A stretch of 64,000 bases of DNA from Phoronis australis. Its lineage: Eukaryota > Animalia > Phoronida. A model generated the notes under the pieces. That model was not told the origin of the DNA. It saw only the letters and a list, made by a program, of their open reading frames with translations, and did no database searches. Location: the NCBI GenBank assembly GCA_002633005.1, contig NMRA01000034.1, forward strand, positions 1,166,012 through 1,230,011, in the 5' to 3' direction. Numbering within the stretch: the stretch's first letter is position 1; each line of letters starts with the position of its first letter. Positions 60,801-64,000 of this stretch are shown here, one piece after another. Both the position numbers and the translations under genes were made by a program.

Positions 60801-61831
60801 TCTTTGAAGTTTGAATTTGTAAGAATTATTTGTAAAAACTGGTTTCGAGGCTATCATGTTCTTAAAGACAAAATGAAGAACGAAGGCCATTTCTGCTCGT
60901 TTTTAGAGAATTTCCTTCAACCAAGTGCGATCACAAAAGCTTTGTGGCTATGGTCAGTCATGCTAAAGGGCACTTCAGAACCTCTGAGATGCTGGAAGTA
61001 CCGCATTAATCAAGGTCAGTGGCAGAGTGTGGGCTCGTACTAACCAGGTAAAAAACAGGTAAATTTGTCTGAGCAGGACCAGTCGTGGAGTCAAATCATA
61101 TGTGATGTTCACCAAAGAGAATTTGGTCTCGGTTTTCACCCAAACAGAAAGTGTCTCACTCTGAACACCCAAGATCTTCCAAAGAAAATTCTGAACGAAG
61201 TAGCGACTCAACATTTCACGGTGGATATTGGCTCAACTTGGATGGCCTCAGACTCGAAATTGGTACCCGCGTAGGCAGGGACAAGATAGAGAACGTTGTA
61301 TTTTAAACGGCCAAAATAATAGCAACGTGTAGTAAGGCATCGAGCAGTTAATGGCAGGCGTGGAATTTGTTCATTCAAACGTTATGAATTAATGAATATG
61401 GAAGAGATAATTTAAGGATGTGGCGTTTTCGCTGCAATAGAAAAAGTATTACAGAAAATGAGACAAACCAATAAACAAACTTGAGATGTTGAAAAACTCA
61501 TACAGATGTTATTGTGGCTTAGTATGGTAACACCTGACCACATGGTCTCGTTGTCGAGATCTACACCAGACTAGTAGAGTCTGGGTTCGTGACTACATCT
61601 GAAAGAACAAAGACCACGATGTATTTTCAATTCAATTTTATTAGCGTATCCCCAAACGGTGGCACTGAAATATTTGTGACATCCATCATTCGTCTGAGTC
61701 ATCTTCAATGCAAGACCGTCGAGTCTTTTTACCATGTTGAGGCCTCATGCACCAAAACTACAAAAACAAGACAGTTCGAACAATGTTCGACTAACGATAG
61801 ATTTTGGTAACCAGTGTCCATTATGGAATGT

Positions 61832-62068
61832 CAGTGGCAGATCTACGATTTCAGTAAGGGAGGGGGTTAGGATTCGAGAGAATCCGAGGCGCGTAGCGCC
61901 GAGGGGAAAGAAGGTCGCGAGAGGGTTTCCCTCCTCCCGTGTAAGATTTTTTGGGATTTTTAGTAGCTAATTTCGTTTTTCTGGCGATTTTTCTTCCAGT
62001 TTTTATTTTTGATCCTGTCCCGAGGGGGGGGGTTAAACCCCCTGAACCCCCCTATAGATCCGCCTCTG
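61832..62068. mobile_element. CAGTGGC MITE (237 bp), perfect 5-bp TSD AATGT
   Basis: TIR cagtggcagatcta ... tagatccgcctctg. Confidence 0.8.
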
Positions 62069-62969
62069 AATGTCAACAGATTCAGAGGCGTCCCAACATT
62101 TTTGGCGCAATGAGACTCAAGATTACTTCATCTGCTTCAGTACAGAACTTTTTTCTTTAGCTCATAAAACTTTCTCCGAAAGCCAGACAGAGAGGTTTTT
62201 GAACGTCTTTACCATGAAATTAAAACTTTCACTGCGCCAATGACATTCTTTGAGCTTCAGTTCAAACTTACTTCACGAGACAAAACCAATTTTGACGCAA
62301 AGTAATTTCGTCGAACATAATTATTTGTATTTGGTACCCGATACTCTCCATCTGACGTCATTTTTTAAATAAAAACTATGGCAGATTGTCACCCACCTTT
62401 ACAGTGCAACATGTTATATAACTTTTGTAATTACTGATATCTGTAGTAGTTTAGTTTGTCATAATATATATGACCTTTTATCTCAACTACATGTGTTGTT
62501 TCACTGTAAACTAGCTTCGGTATCGCTTCGCAGTTAGCGCATATAAAGGTAAGGTACGTATAATTTGTAACTTTGATATCCTAACTTCTCGTGATGCATG
62601 ACCGATCGATAGCAAAAAGCAATATTCCCCAGTATCTATGCTCCCTCCTCTTGATGTTCTCCCATCTCGCTGTTCCCCCGTCCCATATAATATTCCCTGG
62701 TCCCGATGTTCCGCTACTCGTTCATTTTATTTCTGCGTTTAAGGGTGATATTTTGGAGATCATCGTGTGCATGAGTCTAGGCACGTGCGTGACTCAAGAA
62801 AATAGCAATATTCATAACAATGTTATTTTGAACGCTTGTTGCCTAGTTGTCACAGTCAACATTGGAGAATGAAAAACCGGGACAACTGGATTGAACAGCT
62901 GGTCTTCCGAATAAAAAGCGGGGCATCTGGGTATAAGCCAAAACGCATGGGTGAAATGTTGGCCGCAAC

Positions 62970-63129
62970 CAGTGGCGGATTTAGAGGGGGCTAAGGGGGC
63001 CATGGCCTCCTAAAATTCTCCCAGATTCCATTTGGCAGTGCGGGGGTGCGAATGTCTGACGGGAAAAATCCTGGCTAATACTCTTCCCTGGCCCCTCCAC
63101 CCTAACTCAAAATCCTGGATCCGCCCCTG
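62970..63129. mobile_element. CAGTGGCGGAT MITE (160 bp), perfect 5-bp TSD GCAAC
   Basis: TIR cagtggcggat...atccgcccctg; nested between GGAACATCGG-type inverted repeat clusters (about 62620-62712 and 63440-63485). Confidence 0.85.
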
Positions 63130-63489
63130 GCAACACACAAAAACGTCCTGACAACGTTTTCTGTTTGAATAATCAAACGGTAAATTGCGGGTGCAGTAAA
63201 AACCCACGAAACGTCAGTTTTTTTTCTTTTACTGGAACGGGAAATACCGCTATGTCGCTTGGGAAATTACATAATAGTATATGATATGTCAATTTCGCCG
63301 TGTCTGTGAGAATACGTGACATTTTGATGGTGTGACGGAAAGGCTGGAAAATTTCAAAAAGTGGGACAGTCTGCCAAGACCAGGGCAATTGGCAAGTACA
63401 CTGTAAGCTGTTAGTAACACAATGTATATGTATATGTATAGGTCGGGGGAACATCGGGATTTAGGAATATAGTGCAGGGAGACATAATT

Positions 63490-63999
63490 GGGAATTATGT
63501 CTAACATAAATCGATGTTGTGTCTAACACAAATAAGAATTATGTATGACATAAATCAGAATTATGTCTGACATCAATAAGTCTATGTCTGATACAAAATA
63601 ATTTACGTCTGACAATTTTTTAATAACATAGCACATCATTCATTATTGCCAACGATAATCCTATTGATATAGGAATAATGTCCACCATTATTCTATTTAT
63701 ATCTGACATGAATTGTATTTATGTCTTACGTAAGTGAGCCAATGAGAGTCGTCAATACATTCTCCACGCTTACTACGCAAACATTGCGCGAAATGAGAAC
63801 GAGTGTTTTAAAAATTTATGCATTGATGAAAGCGTCATCGAAAACGTTAACAGGGTACTGAATGGGCTGGAAACATTGCAGGCTGAACCAATGAATGTTA
63901 CGACGATTCTCACTGGTCGACATAAATACGACTATGACAGATATAAATAGAGCAATGGTGGATATTAAGTTTTTTGTCTGATATAAATATAATTATGTT
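63490..63999. repeat. AT-rich element with short TTATGTCTGACAT repeats
   Basis: Multiple imperfect copies at 63495-63615, 63700-63730 and 63975-63999. Confidence 0.55.
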
Positions 64000-64000
64000 T

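Overview
This is AT-rich eukaryotic (metazoan, probably marine invertebrate) genomic DNA. It has an assembly gap at 201-1038 and single Ns at 1830 and 33656. Two intron-containing protein genes can be rebuilt by hand on the minus strand. The first is a 13-coding-exon SLC23/nucleobase-ascorbate transporter (NAT/NCS2) gene (19962-39450, 1935 nt CDS, 644 aa). All its intron phases agree, one intron is GC-AG, and it has a nucleobase-type ENIG signature. The second is a 2-exon nanos gene (53764-54814, 198 aa) with a complete double CCHC zinc finger and a 3' UTR carrying Pumilio-, CPE- and polyA-type motifs. The rest is a patchwork of transposon debris: RTE and CR1/L2 LINE fragments, a Penelope GIY-YIG remnant with a degenerate hammerhead motif, a TTAA-flanked Kolobok-like element, THAP remnants, Helentron/HINE-like elements and several MITE families, some with clear 5-bp TSDs. 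I found no prokaryotic-style system, CRISPR array, tRNA or rRNA. Most ORF-track entries are spurious. I cannot firmly support a wholly new biological system; the best leads are regulatory RNA features and transposon architecture. All coordinates were read by eye, and family names for TE remnants come from motif recall, not database searches.
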